Assembly (NCBI GenBank): GCA_963713605.1
Contig: CAVQMO010000001.1
Location: forward strand, 736,001 to 800,000
Origin: an uncultured Nitrososphaerales archaeon
Lineage (GTDB): Archaea > Thermoproteota > Nitrososphaeria > Nitrososphaerales > Nitrososphaeraceae
Reading direction: 5' to 3'
DNA length: 64,000 nucleotides
Part shown: in pieces, positions 21,756-31,542 of the stretch
How the letters are laid out: the number at the start of each line of letters is the position of its first letter
Position numbering within the stretch: the stretch's first letter is position 1
The notes under the pieces: generated by a model
Databases searched by the model: none
Told to the model about the DNA's origin: nothing
What the model saw: the letters and a program-made list of their open reading frames with translations, nothing else
Made by a program: the position numbers and the translations under genes

Positions 21756-22401
21756 TTATTTTTGTGCCCTGATAAAGTACGAAGATTTAGATTTTTTCGA
21801 CATGAGGTCAGCAGTCATAAGCGGTTGCGGAAAACTGCCTCTTTCTCTAAAGAGGCTCATGACCAGATTTATGGAAGTTTCCAAACTTATTTTATGTCCA
21901 GCACTGACGTAAATGTAATTGTGTCCTTCTCTGGTTATTTTTTTCCCAAAAATATCATCGTCAATGTACACAAAGTCTATCCCCTTTTTCTATTCCACAC
22001 ACTAGTCGTTTGGCTATTCCGATTGTAGGCTTGTCCACCAAAAGCCCAATAAATGACGCAAGACCCATTCGCCGAGGATGAAGAACGCCGTGGCCGTTTA
22101 CAATTAACAAATCAAAGGAGGATTCTAGTTTCTTGAGAGTCATAAAAATTGGACTTGCTTCTCTTAACATGAAAAATCCTGAAATATAAGGAAATGTAAT
22201 GGAAGACCTAGACTCCTTTGTTTCAACAATTTTATAAGAATATCGGTCCATGTTAACAGCGGAACAGAATGCTTTATTCATATAGTAAGACACGTCCACG
22301 CCACATACATGCCTGATTAAATGATTAGGAGTGACATCAAAGGTTATGACCATTCTTGACAAAACTCTTTGTAATTCAGCTAGCATTGAAAGAATGGACA
22401 A
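21756..22401 (-). CDS. nfi: Endonuclease V (frameshift near 21975)
   Basis: CGVDVSY, FPYISGFFMLRE, NGHGVLHPRRMGLAS, PTIGIAK, then IYVSAGHKISL. Confidence 0.9.
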
Positions 22402-22464
22402 GATATCTTACCGGTTTACGGTTTACATAAACCGTACCGTATTTTGCAGTTCAGACGGGGAAGT

Positions 22465-22818
22465 CTAGAGAGGATTAGACATGACAAATGGTGTTACATC
22501 TCCGACGATGCAATACTTCACATTAGAACAGATGATATTTGTAAGTACGTTGTGGCATGAACTCAAATCTCCTTCACAATAGATAAGCTGATCCCCCTGT
22601 ATGCCTATTGCATTACCTGCTTTCCTTTCGTTTGAGCTTGCGGGGTATTCATTATCCTCTTCAGGCGTCGATTTTTCACTGTAATCCTGTTTGCCCTGGA
22701 TTTCTATAGCGCCTATAGCCGTTGCAAAGAAGAGAACGTACACCATAAAAGATACTGTCGATAAACTTCGATAGATCGTACATGCGCAAATAATTTGCAT
22801 TTTCATACTATTGATCAC
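22465..22818 (-). CDS. Hypothetical secreted/membrane-anchored Cys-containing protein
   Basis: Hydrophobic N-terminal segment and four C-terminal Cys. Confidence 0.5.
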   Translation of the reverse strand: MINSMKMQIICACTIYRSLSTVSFMVYVLFFATAIGAIEIQGKQDYSEKSTPEEDNEYPASSNERKAGNAIGIQGDQLIYCEGDLSSCHNVLTNIICSNVKYCIVGDVTPFVMSNPL

Positions 22819-23332
22819 GAACCATGAATATTAGCAATTTCTAATAAAAACAACTAAAATTGAATATGATGAATCTGGGGTATTTTTGTACTCACGACAT
22901 GTTTAGAGGTGTCGAGAATATACAAACAGTTACCTAAAATTCTAATTACTCAAGGGTCATATAACCAGTACTACATGACAAATATGATAGGGAAGCTTCT
23001 ATGTCAAAAATCAAAGCACAACATTGACAAGTGGTGAAATTAGTAAAAACAAAGAATAACCACCTCAACCTTTAGCTATAAGACAGGTCCCACATCTAAT
23101 TCATCAGGGGCATTAGCTTTAACAAGCCCTATTCCTGCCTTTACTCCAATTCAGATTGTAAGTTGTTCATCCATCGTTTCTTATCCCATCTTGGAAGACT
23201 AGGTTGACTTGTTTGGCGGCTTCTTCAATATATTAAATCGCAAGTTCGAATTGTTTCGTTAACTTATCTTGTTTATCAAATTTAGTAAACTTTTATTCTC
23301 TATTATACAACTCAAATATCATTCCTAAGAGA

Positions 23333-24145
23333 ATGCTTAGCGGAAGGCTAGAGTTAGTTGAGTTGGTTATCGTGTTATTAACCGTGATCTCGTTGATTGT
23401 AATCCTAATAGACATATTCTTTCCTTTAAATGCTGAACAAAAGCGATTCATTTATGTTTTCGACCTCGTAGTAGTTCTTATTCTAGCAACTGATTTCGCC
23501 TTTCGAGTGGGCAGGTCATCCAAGAAGAGTCGATATATAATAAAGCATTGGTACGAAATTCCTGCAATGGTACCGCTAATACTTTATGCTTCGGCAGATA
23601 CCTCGACAATAGTTGGTCAAGTCTTGGAACAATTTAGGGTAATTGCATTTTTCAGACTTGTTAGGCTTTATTACATTCTTACGTTGATTCAGGGAAGCCG
23701 ATTTGTATTACTGTCGGCTTTCTCAATCATAACGATAGTTTTCGGAGCACTAGGAGTATATCTTACAGAAGCCGGATATGCCGGAGCAAATATAAGAAAT
23801 CTACCGGATGCATTTTGGTGGGCAGTACAAACTGTCAGTACAGTGGGTTACGGTGACGTTTATCCTGTTACTGCTGAGGGAAGGATCATAGGGATATTCG
23901 TCATGTTTGCAGGAATTGGAATTCTCACTAGTTTTATAACTGCACTCGGGACCAAACTAATCGAGCTCAAGTTGAATGTGCCTAAAAAGGGAAAAAAAGT
24001 CGACATACTAAATAACGATCTTCCATTAAAGACCAAAGAATTAATCAAGAATCAAATTGAAAAAGTAGAGACACTCGACCAGAAGGATTTTGATGCGTTA
24101 ATTTCAATGCTGACAAGCATACGCCAACACTATGGCGTCCAATAG
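23333..24145 (+). CDS. Potassium channel (voltage-gated-like ion transport protein)
   Basis: TVGYGD selectivity filter, DAFWWA pore helix, S4-like FRVIAFFRLVRL. Confidence 0.92.
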   Translation: MLSGRLELVELVIVLLTVISLIVILIDIFFPLNAEQKRFIYVFDLVVVLILATDFAFRVGRSSKKSRYIIKHWYEIPAMVPLILYASADTSTIVGQVLEQFRVIAFFRLVRLYYILTLIQGSRFVLLSAFSIITIVFGALGVYLTEAGYAGANIRNLPDAFWWAVQTVSTVGYGDVYPVTAEGRIIGIFVMFAGIGILTSFITALGTKLIELKLNVPKKGKKVDILNNDLPLKTKELIKNQIEKVETLDQKDFDALISMLTSIRQHYGVQ

Positions 24146-24154
24146 GGCAAGTGC

Positions 24155-24262
24155 AGATATGTGTATCTGTCGGCAACTTTCAAAAGTAGTAGCGTTAGTC
24201 ATTCAACCCCGTAGCTGAGTAAAGATATGTGTATCTATCGGCTACTTTCGAAAGTAGTAGCG
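24155..24262. repeat. Two 40-bp direct repeats (37/40 identical) separated by a 28-bp spacer
   Basis: 24155-24194 and 24223-24262, AGATATGTGTATCT(G/A)TCGGC(A/T)ACTTTC(A/G)AAAGTAGTAGCG. Confidence 0.85.
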
Positions 24263-24772
24263 CCGTAGTAATCTTGAAACTAATCGAGCATACCGTTGAC
24301 CTATCGATTTCTTCCTAGTTCAATATTCTTATGATTTATTAAGAAATTCTTTCTCTAACAACTATCTATTTCAGCGATATTGTTTGTCATCACCAATTAG
24401 ATAATTCATTATGTACCTATAGGTACTGGACAATACTTCTTTGATGTCATCGTCAATTGGCAGCAAGCAACTGTACATGAAAATATAAGATCCACAGATG
24501 GCCAAGATGCCGGAAATGAAGCCGCAATAATGGAATACACGGAGTAATCACCACACATGGTGACATTCGAGAGATACAATTTACCTAAAGCTCAGTTAAA
24601 AGGCTTAACGGCGGCGCTGAAGTGTTCCTGTGAAATAACATCAATGAACTTGAAATGTATCTAATTCATCCTCAAAGAGCGAGTGAGCGAGTAAAGTATC
24701 TTGACGGAAAAACTCTTGGCATTAGACAAGACCAAGAATGGAAATGGCAACGAATTTCATTCATAAATGATG

Positions 24773-24869
24773 TGGACCGGGTGGGATTCGAACCCACGAC
24801 CACCTACGTCTCCTCTACCTATTTGAAGGTATGCAAGGCAGGTATTCTACCAGACTAAACTACCGGCCC
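24773..24869 (-). tRNA. tRNA-Ala(TGC) with a 23-nt anticodon-loop intron
   Basis: Acceptor GGGCCGG/CCGGTCC with G3:U70, T-arm GTGGG-TTCGAAT-CCCAC, stem CCTGC/GTAGG around CT-TGC-A; intron about 24809-24831. Confidence 0.92.
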
Positions 24870-25288
24870 CCCTAATCCACTACGCTCATAGAGGTATGAT
24901 AATTTAATCCTTTAGAAGGGGACTGTGACGGACTCCTTTAACCAATCTATATCCTATTGAAGAGATCTTAAAAAGAATGGCTTGCGTTAAGAGCCGATAT
25001 TAGCCGACTATTAGCTACTAGCAGGTCAAGTTATAACGAATTCTAGACTGCTACTTCAAGGCGTATCGGAAGTAGCAGCTGACATTCCACAATATTATCT
25101 ATAAACATGGGTATTGCTAGTATATCGATCATAAACTACAAATTTTGGTTTATTGGGTTAGTCTGACCACCTTCTACAAGAATTTGTGCCTCTAAAATTT
25201 CTCACAAGCGCTTGGCGCTATCGTCATACTAGAACAAAATCGAAAGCCTTTTAGGCACTCGCTTCATAACCTGTTTGTAACAATAGCT

Positions 25289-26323
25289 ATGTCTACACTT
25301 CTAACTGACCGTGTTTGGGTAATGCTTTCCGAGGTAGCCAAGAGAGGAGTATATCCATTGCATGGGTCTAGACTTGGGTTATACAGAATTCCAATCGATC
25401 TTACCAATAATGCAGAGATCACACAGGTCGCCAACGAAATTAAAAAATTAGGGTTTTCTGTAGATACTTATGCTGACAGGATATACATCACTTACAAATG
25501 GAGTGAGGAACAGTTCGATCAAACAGAAAAAAAGCACTTAAAAGCAAATCTTTCCATTACAGTAGAAATTGTTACTGGAGAAGTTGTAGATATTATTTAT
25601 CAGATTAGACCTTTAGAGTATTTCGGTGATGTTTACTGGATCAAGAACTACCGAACGATGGCCGACCAGAATGCCAAGGTGATTATAGATACTATATTGC
25701 TCAACACCAAAATAGGAGACAAACTAATCGCTCACTATCAAAAAGCTAACAAGTTATCCTATGAGGAAGCAGTAATAAAATTACAAGATCTTTCTCCCCT
25801 CGCAAAAAGCCCTAAAAATAGGCTAGCCGGGCCACCTAACGCTGAGACTTCTCCGCAATTGCCTGAAGCCAAAGTACAATCTGTTCCAGGCTCTGAACAA
25901 AAGCAACTGGAAGCACCCCCTTCGCCACAAATGAATGCAGTAGGAAGTGGAAATACAACCATTTCGCTGACAGGGGCTGGAACAAATTACTCTAAAGTCG
26001 AAGGTCCAATTGACCCTGATTTTAAATCAAAGCGTAGTGTTGTTGGCACATTCCAAGACATAAAGGTCTGGGGTGAAGTGGATCCTCCTGGACGATTGGG
26101 TATCTGGGGTTCAGAAGTTACAGTAGATTTTGATATCTGTGTAGCAGATGGAGCTTGTATCGAAGCATGTCCTGTAAATGTTTATGAATGGCTTGATACT
26201 CCAGGACATCCTGCCTCTGAGAAGAAGCCATTTATGATAAGAGAAAAGGATTGTATATTCTGTATGGCATGCGAAAATGTCTGTCCTCCTCAGTGTGTAA
26301 AGATATTCAATAAAGGACAATAA
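25289..26323 (+). CDS. Dicluster ferredoxin (Zfx-like core) fused to an unknown N-terminal domain
   Basis: [12 protein letters not shown] and [18 protein letters not shown]...PPGRLGI extension like crenarchaeal zinc ferredoxins; P/Q/S-rich linker. Confidence 0.85.
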   Translation: MSTLLTDRVWVMLSEVAKRGVYPLHGSRLGLYRIPIDLTNNAEITQVANEIKKLGFSVDTYADRIYITYKWSEEQFDQTEKKHLKANLSITVEIVTGEVVDIIYQIRPLEYFGDVYWIKNYRTMADQNAKVIIDTILLNTKIGDKLIAHYQKANKLSYEEAVIKLQDLSPLAKSPKNRLAGPPNAETSPQLPEAKVQSVPGSEQKQLEAPPSPQMNAVGSGNTTISLTGAGTNYSKVEGPIDPDFKSKRSVVGTFQDIKVWGEVDPPGRLGIWGSEVTVDFDICVADGACIEACPVNVYEWLDTPGHPASEKKPFMIREKDCIFCMACENVCPPQCVKIFNKGQ

Positions 26324-26708
26324 GAAATATCGCATATCGAATACATCGAAGCAAATCCCTTATAGAAGCGGAAGGTATCCTTCATGACAATCGACCAGTG
26401 TCAATCTCCCACATAAATTTGAGGTAATACACAATGGTATTATTTCCATGCTTACAAGAATACGTTGACTCATATCAATGAACAATATGTCCTATTGAGT
26501 TATGTAATTTTAAGATGGTTAACCCTGATAAGGCTGGGTCAGTTACCCTAGTTCTTTCTTCATAGATCAGAGTAATCAATCATCATCCCCCCCGCTTTTT
26601 CTTTCTACCTTTAAACAATATCTCTTAACTGTATAATTATATTAATTAAACTAGTCAGATTTAATCACTCTCTCCTTTAAATATCGTTCTTAAATCAGCT
26701 TCAATGTC

Positions 26709-27374
26709 ATGTCGCTCGAGAAGATAGTCGCCGGTATAAAAGCCACGGGAATTGAGGGGATCAAAAAGGCAGAACTTCGGCGGGAATTTCAAGATGTTGA
26801 AGAGCTCGATTCAATACTGCAGGAATTAATAAGTGCGCAGGAAATATTCATCGAGAGGAAGGGCAATTCAATCTATTGTTGGCACAAGAATTATTATCTA
26901 CAGAAATTATTGAGCACAGATCAAAAATTTTCGCTTATATATTCCTTAATGAATACCGTGCAGGATTCGCTGAACATCAGATTCGATTCTATCAGCGTAG
27001 GGTTGGAAGCCGTAATCGGTCAGTTGAGAGAGATATCAGAGGAAATAAAGGTCCTCTCGAGTTTAGGACAGAGAGATACTGGCGCAAGTGCTTCACCCCC
27101 TCAAGAGCAATTTAAGCCAACCGAGATCAATTATAACAATTTCAAAGAACAACTTGATCATGCATTGGCCAGTGCCTCAAGTTCAATTGGTTGGGTTGAG
27201 CTGGGTAACATACGAAAAAATCTTTGCTCAAAGATGAATATTTCTCAAGAACAATTTTACCATTCATTTGAAGAAGTAGTTTCCAACAACTATGACAAAT
27301 ATGAGCTTTCCACAGGTGGAGAAGAAGGAATACAATTAAGAGGAATGGTACACGGATTCGTGAGGTGCATTTAA
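26709..27374 (+). CDS. Hypothetical protein: wHTH - coiled coil - wHTH-like
   Basis: N-terminal GIKKAELRRE..LQELISAQEIFIERKG; heptad-rich middle; C-terminal WVELGNIRKNL..ELSTGGEEGI. Confidence 0.7.
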   Translation: MSLEKIVAGIKATGIEGIKKAELRREFQDVEELDSILQELISAQEIFIERKGNSIYCWHKNYYLQKLLSTDQKFSLIYSLMNTVQDSLNIRFDSISVGLEAVIGQLREISEEIKVLSSLGQRDTGASASPPQEQFKPTEINYNNFKEQLDHALASASSSIGWVELGNIRKNLCSKMNISQEQFYHSFEEVVSNNYDKYELSTGGEEGIQLRGMVHGFVRCI

Positions 27375-27375
27375 A

Positions 27376-29067
27376 ATGTATCCATACGGTTTGAAGAGCA
27401 ATCCATATCACAGTAGCCCGACTCCAAGATTTTCAGATTCAAAGATTTTAGGTGGAGAAAGACATAAGGAAGCAAAGAGTGCAATCCTTTCATGTATGCA
27501 CGACGTAGGCTCTAAAATGGCTCTTTCAGAGAAAGACCTTCGTATTGTCACAATAATTCAAGATGTTGGATCTGGCAAGACTCACCTTGCGCTTCATATG
27601 CAGACGGTAGAAGAGATGTCTGCAAAGTCTGTGATATCATATGTTGACTTTTCACAGATATCACCTAGAAGCAAGACAGGTATACTCTCTTCAATTCTGG
27701 ATGGATTCAGAGAAGAGGATCTAGAAGCGCTACGTTCAACGCTGATCGGACTGATGATGGCTTCCCGACATGACAGAGAAAAGGCAAAACTCGTCAAGAA
27801 ATTATTCAAGCATGGTCTGCTATCAGAGATCAAGGGAGAATCACTTGAAGACAAGATCGGATTGTTACTCAAAAGGAGAATCAAGGTCAGAGACGAAGCT
27901 ACATTAAGTGAACTCTTAGGGAAGAATTTCACCGATCTAGAGAAGGCACTCATCTATTATGTACTTAATGACGAGATGAAAGACTGGGCTAAATCGATCG
28001 TATCACTTGGTGAAATGTTGGAATTACTCACATCTATAATTAGTCTAAATCAAAAGCTCCTAAACAAGTTGACCATATTTGAGTTCGATGAATTTGATTC
28101 AGAAGGCGAATCGATGGAGTTCATCAAGGCTATTATTAACTTTATACTTCCCCCAAGCATGATTTTGCTTATCATGACGCCTGCATCCTACGACGAAATA
28201 GGGAAAAAGAATCTTTCTTTGTATGACCGATTGGAGAAAGCAAATTACAAGATCGATCTTGCAGGCTCCAATACATTTAGCGAGATAAATGGTATAGTTC
28301 TTGAGTATATGCGATCTGGCAATTCTAATGGCAAGTTTACCTTAGAAGAAGAGCATGATTTGTCTAACAAGATCAAAATTATTTATGATGAATTTCCTGA
28401 TTTCAGAAACGTTCGATCCATGATTAATATCCTTTACCATGCAACAGAATTAGCTGGCAATAGTGATGCGGGAAGTATCGATGAACATGCACTAGATGAA
28501 ACAATTAGGACTACGTTCCCTGGATTGAGGATCAAAGGTAGCATAATGTCAGTCCCTGTCTCAGACTTCATGAAAATCAGAAGAATGTCCAAAGACATTC
28601 ATGAATTGGAAGTCAGGGTTAAGATCGCAGTGCAGGATCTTGTTCAATGCACTGAAGGAGAGAGTTCTCTAAGTCCTCCTGATCTGTCTGAAGGTGGAGC
28701 GGAGTTAGTAGATGTCTTGTATCGCGATTCTCAAGGGGATAAAGTTGCTGTTTCAGTTGCTCTGGACAAGGAGAAAACATCTAAGATCAACCAAGGCATT
28801 ACCAAGGCCCAATTTTCAGCAGATGTTAATAAGGTCCTAATTCTGTCCGATAGGCCAGGCCAATTTGGTGCACGTCCAGCAGTTGGACCTCAAGTGAAGA
28901 ATGTCAACATGGATGATTCAAAACTGATTGATTTGATTTATTTTAGTTCAAAATACAGAAATAGTCAGATCTCCGATGAGGATCTTAAACGAGCATCTAT
29001 GCTCGCAAGATTCTATAGAGCTTCCTTAACCGCTGCGCTCTGCCAATCAGTCAGTACCAATATCTGA
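27376..29067 (+). CDS. P-loop NTPase (AAA+-like) of unknown function
   Basis: Walker A QDVGSGKTH, Walker B IFEFDEFD, LYDRL, RNVRSMIN; starts 1 nt after the upstream stop. Confidence 0.8.
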   Translation: MYPYGLKSNPYHSSPTPRFSDSKILGGERHKEAKSAILSCMHDVGSKMALSEKDLRIVTIIQDVGSGKTHLALHMQTVEEMSAKSVISYVDFSQISPRSKTGILSSILDGFREEDLEALRSTLIGLMMASRHDREKAKLVKKLFKHGLLSEIKGESLEDKIGLLLKRRIKVRDEATLSELLGKNFTDLEKALIYYVLNDEMKDWAKSIVSLGEMLELLTSIISLNQKLLNKLTIFEFDEFDSEGESMEFIKAIINFILPPSMILLIMTPASYDEIGKKNLSLYDRLEKANYKIDLAGSNTFSEINGIVLEYMRSGNSNGKFTLEEEHDLSNKIKIIYDEFPDFRNVRSMINILYHATELAGNSDAGSIDEHALDETIRTTFPGLRIKGSIMSVPVSDFMKIRRMSKDIHELEVRVKIAVQDLVQCTEGESSLSPPDLSEGGAELVDVLYRDSQGDKVAVSVALDKEKTSKINQGITKAQFSADVNKVLILSDRPGQFGARPAVGPQVKNVNMDDSKLIDLIYFSSKYRNSQISDEDLKRASMLARFYRASLTAALCQSVSTNI

Positions 29068-29137
29068 AATTTGCAATGAATGAGGTTCCCCGCTGGAAGG
29101 CATTAGAACTCTTTTATGTGGGTACTGCTTACATGCA

Positions 29138-29413
29138 GTGTTGAAAGAAGGAAATTTTGGCGAGTGGCCTGGTCAAGACAACGTCGAAGACTACGAACTT
29201 GAAGGTTCAATCGCCTGTAACGTCTGTGGAAAGGATGCGGATTTCGTAGTTCAACTTGAACTAGTATGGGATAGGAGCAATTATAGCCTAATGAATTCGC
29301 TTAACCAGATGCCCTTCTATCTTTGCAAAGCGCATGAGTACATCTACGAACGAATGCAAAATAATATTGAACTAACAGAATATTTCCGAGAAACAGTGAA
29401 TGCAAACCGTTAA
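29138..29413 (+). CDS. Small zinc-finger protein
   Basis: CNVCG...YLCKAH. Confidence 0.75.
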   Translation: MLKEGNFGEWPGQDNVEDYELEGSIACNVCGKDADFVVQLELVWDRSNYSLMNSLNQMPFYLCKAHEYIYERMQNNIELTEYFRETVNANR

Positions 29414-29450
29414 TGATTATTGAAACTAAAGTGCCCTCTATCACTTTCTA

Positions 29451-29897
29451 ATGAGCAACAAGAAAATATATTCCAGTTACAATGATTTCTATGGGAATCT
29501 ACATACTAGTGGGGCTTCAATTATCGAGTTCAATAACGGGAGAGTCCCTTGCATTTGCGTGGAGAGTGAGGTGTTCAGGAAATTTGTGAGTTATGCTCCC
29601 GGCCGGAAAATGGCCGTAGATACTAATCTGGATATCTATCATAACGAAAAGGATGTTTTTGTTCAAATTAATATGAAAATATTAGACACGGAGTTTGAGT
29701 ACTCTTTTTTGTTTCATGCTAACGAAATGGTTGCTTTTTTCAAGGTCATGTTAGATAGCGCGTTGATAGTATTGTCGCCAAATGATCCATCTTTGGTGTC
29801 TGAAAATATCTTTGCAATACAGTTACCGAAAAGGGAAAGATTGGAAGAGGCTTTTCGAATAATTTCCAAATATACAGACAAGACAGGCCTTGAATAA
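29451..29897 (+). CDS. Hypothetical protein
   Basis: 148 aa ORF, co-oriented with the upstream block. Confidence 0.65.
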   Translation: MSNKKIYSSYNDFYGNLHTSGASIIEFNNGRVPCICVESEVFRKFVSYAPGRKMAVDTNLDIYHNEKDVFVQINMKILDTEFEYSFLFHANEMVAFFKVMLDSALIVLSPNDPSLVSENIFAIQLPKRERLEEAFRIISKYTDKTGLE

Positions 29898-29941
29898 GAA
29901 TGAATGAATGAATGAATTGTTGAATGAATTAATGTATTAAT
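29898..29941. repeat. (GAAT)n microsatellite with degenerate tail
   Basis: Five perfect GAAT units at 29898-29917 plus in-phase degenerate units. Confidence 0.8.
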
Positions 29942-29975
29942 GTCACTCAGCTCAGCTACCTCACATGATCAGACA

Positions 29976-30050
29976 TGCGACGGCCGGGATTTGAACCCGG
30001 GTTACCAGATTGGCAATCTGATGTCCTAGACCAAACTGGACGACCGTCGC
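29976..30050 (-). tRNA. tRNA-Gly(GCC)
   Basis: GCGACGG/CCGTCGC acceptor, TCAGA-TT-GCC-AA-TCTGG anticodon arm, CCGGG-TTCAAAT-CCCGG. Confidence 0.95.
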
Positions 30051-30281
30051 ATCTTACGAGATTTATGGGGGACTATTTAACAACCTTTCGGTGCCTTGAA
30101 ATCGAAAAATATACTGAGGAATACTCGTACAATTTTTACGTTTAAAAATGCGTGAATCATAGGTGAAGTGATAGAACGAACGATCAGAACGGTTAGAAGC
30201 GTTCTAGTGCCTTGTGTCACTCGGAGCATTTCATCCAAAAGCGAAATTTTTTGAATTCACTTATTCATCAAGAATTTGTGA

Positions 30282-30902
30282 CTATCCTAATAGAATAAGC
30301 GTCGTATATCCTCTTTTCTCAGTTACATACGAATCTTGAATCTCTTCGACCACAACGGTGATGGAAACGAGATCGCCAGTGTTGCAGTTTGTTGTTTCCA
30401 ACACTACCATATCCTTGAGTATGTCTCCACCCAAGAAACTCTCATTACTAGCAGTGTACCTCACTTCTTTTTCTGAACTAATCAGAAAAACCTGGCCCTT
30501 TTGATAATTACCTATTCTAACCATTCTTCCTAGTCTGGGCGCTGCTGTAACAGTCAAGGCAATATTTTGTAACTGTTGTTTTATAAAGCGCCTTGCAGAT
30601 CCCACAGTAACCTCATAATCAAACGGGTATCCAGCAGTATACTCAGCCATCTTATTTATGCCATCATTCATGATGATATCGACTTTCTTTATGTTAAGAC
30701 CGTATTTGAAGATCCAATTGGAAGTTGTCATTGCAACCGAGTCGATCCCTTCTTTCCTTCCAGCAGATTCTGGGGCACTGAGTTGATATCTATCCACCCA
30801 GTCCTTGTAGTCCTTATTAATGTCACTTATGAAATCCGTGCAGGTTAACTGATAGTCCTGGACGCTGGAGGCTCGTTCAGATGATGTGTCTCTAAATACC
30901 AA
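30282..30902 (-). CDS. Hypothetical protein
   Basis: 206 aa ORF with beta-rich C-terminus. Confidence 0.6.
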   Translation of the reverse strand: MVFRDTSSERASSVQDYQLTCTDFISDINKDYKDWVDRYQLSAPESAGRKEGIDSVAMTTSNWIFKYGLNIKKVDIIMNDGINKMAEYTAGYPFDYEVTVGSARRFIKQQLQNIALTVTAAPRLGRMVRIGNYQKGQVFLISSEKEVRYTASNESFLGGDILKDMVVLETTNCNTGDLVSITVVVEEIQDSYVTEKRGYTTLILLG

Positions 30903-30946
30903 AGCTCCTAATCGAAAATATATTAACTTAGTATCTCAATATTAAG

Positions 30947-31513
30947 ATGAAACTTACTAATTATGCTAATGACTTTGGAGGCATTATTGTTGCAGCCATG
31001 ACCTTTACCTTTTCGGCTCTGCTAAGGGATCTTAAATCAAATATCGACTACAATAGAAAGGCCTTGGAAGAATCTCTAAAGATCAACCCTGCTCTAGCTT
31101 ACCAGAAGGTTAATGAGATAACACAATTTGTCGGGTCTAGGTACCGTTTAAGCTTGCAGATACACTTCCCTGACCAAAGAAGATTGTTTGTAATCGATTC
31201 TTATGGTACCGAGAACTTGGGGATCGTATTTGACAAGCAAAGAAAACGGTTTCTGATTCAACGTGAGACTATAAAGAGAAAAGCACTCGAAATCTTTGTA
31301 GCTTCCAAAGCTGAAGATGCATATATGTACGAAGGCAAGGAAGGTGTACGGGTAACCATCACGGCTGGCAGATTGGAAATCTTGCCAGGATCCATTCACC
31401 TCTGGTGTAATGTTGAGAATAATGCTGTAATCGACTATGTGGACTGGTTATTCGAAAATGTATATAATTTTGACATGCCTCGAAAATCGCCATTAGTTGA
31501 TATTGACTCATAA
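30947..31513 (+). CDS. Hypothetical protein
   Basis: DAYMYEGKEG and EILPGSIHLW look like conserved blocks; likely start at MTFTF. Confidence 0.7.
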   Translation: MKLTNYANDFGGIIVAAMTFTFSALLRDLKSNIDYNRKALEESLKINPALAYQKVNEITQFVGSRYRLSLQIHFPDQRRLFVIDSYGTENLGIVFDKQRKRFLIQRETIKRKALEIFVASKAEDAYMYEGKEGVRVTITAGRLEILPGSIHLWCNVENNAVIDYVDWLFENVYNFDMPRKSPLVDIDS

Positions 31514-31542
31514 GAGCATAATGGATTTCTGAAAGCCTACTA

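Noticed and set aside
24155..24262. CRISPR array call
   Set aside because: Only two repeats, the spacer is shorter than the repeat, and there are no cas genes; kept as a repeat
29898..29941. GAAT microsatellite as a phase-variation switch
   Set aside because: Lies between convergent 3' ends, not in a promoter or CDS
24773..30050. Integrated element bounded by tRNA-Ala and tRNA-Gly
   Set aside because: No integrase and no duplicated tRNA 3' end (att site) found
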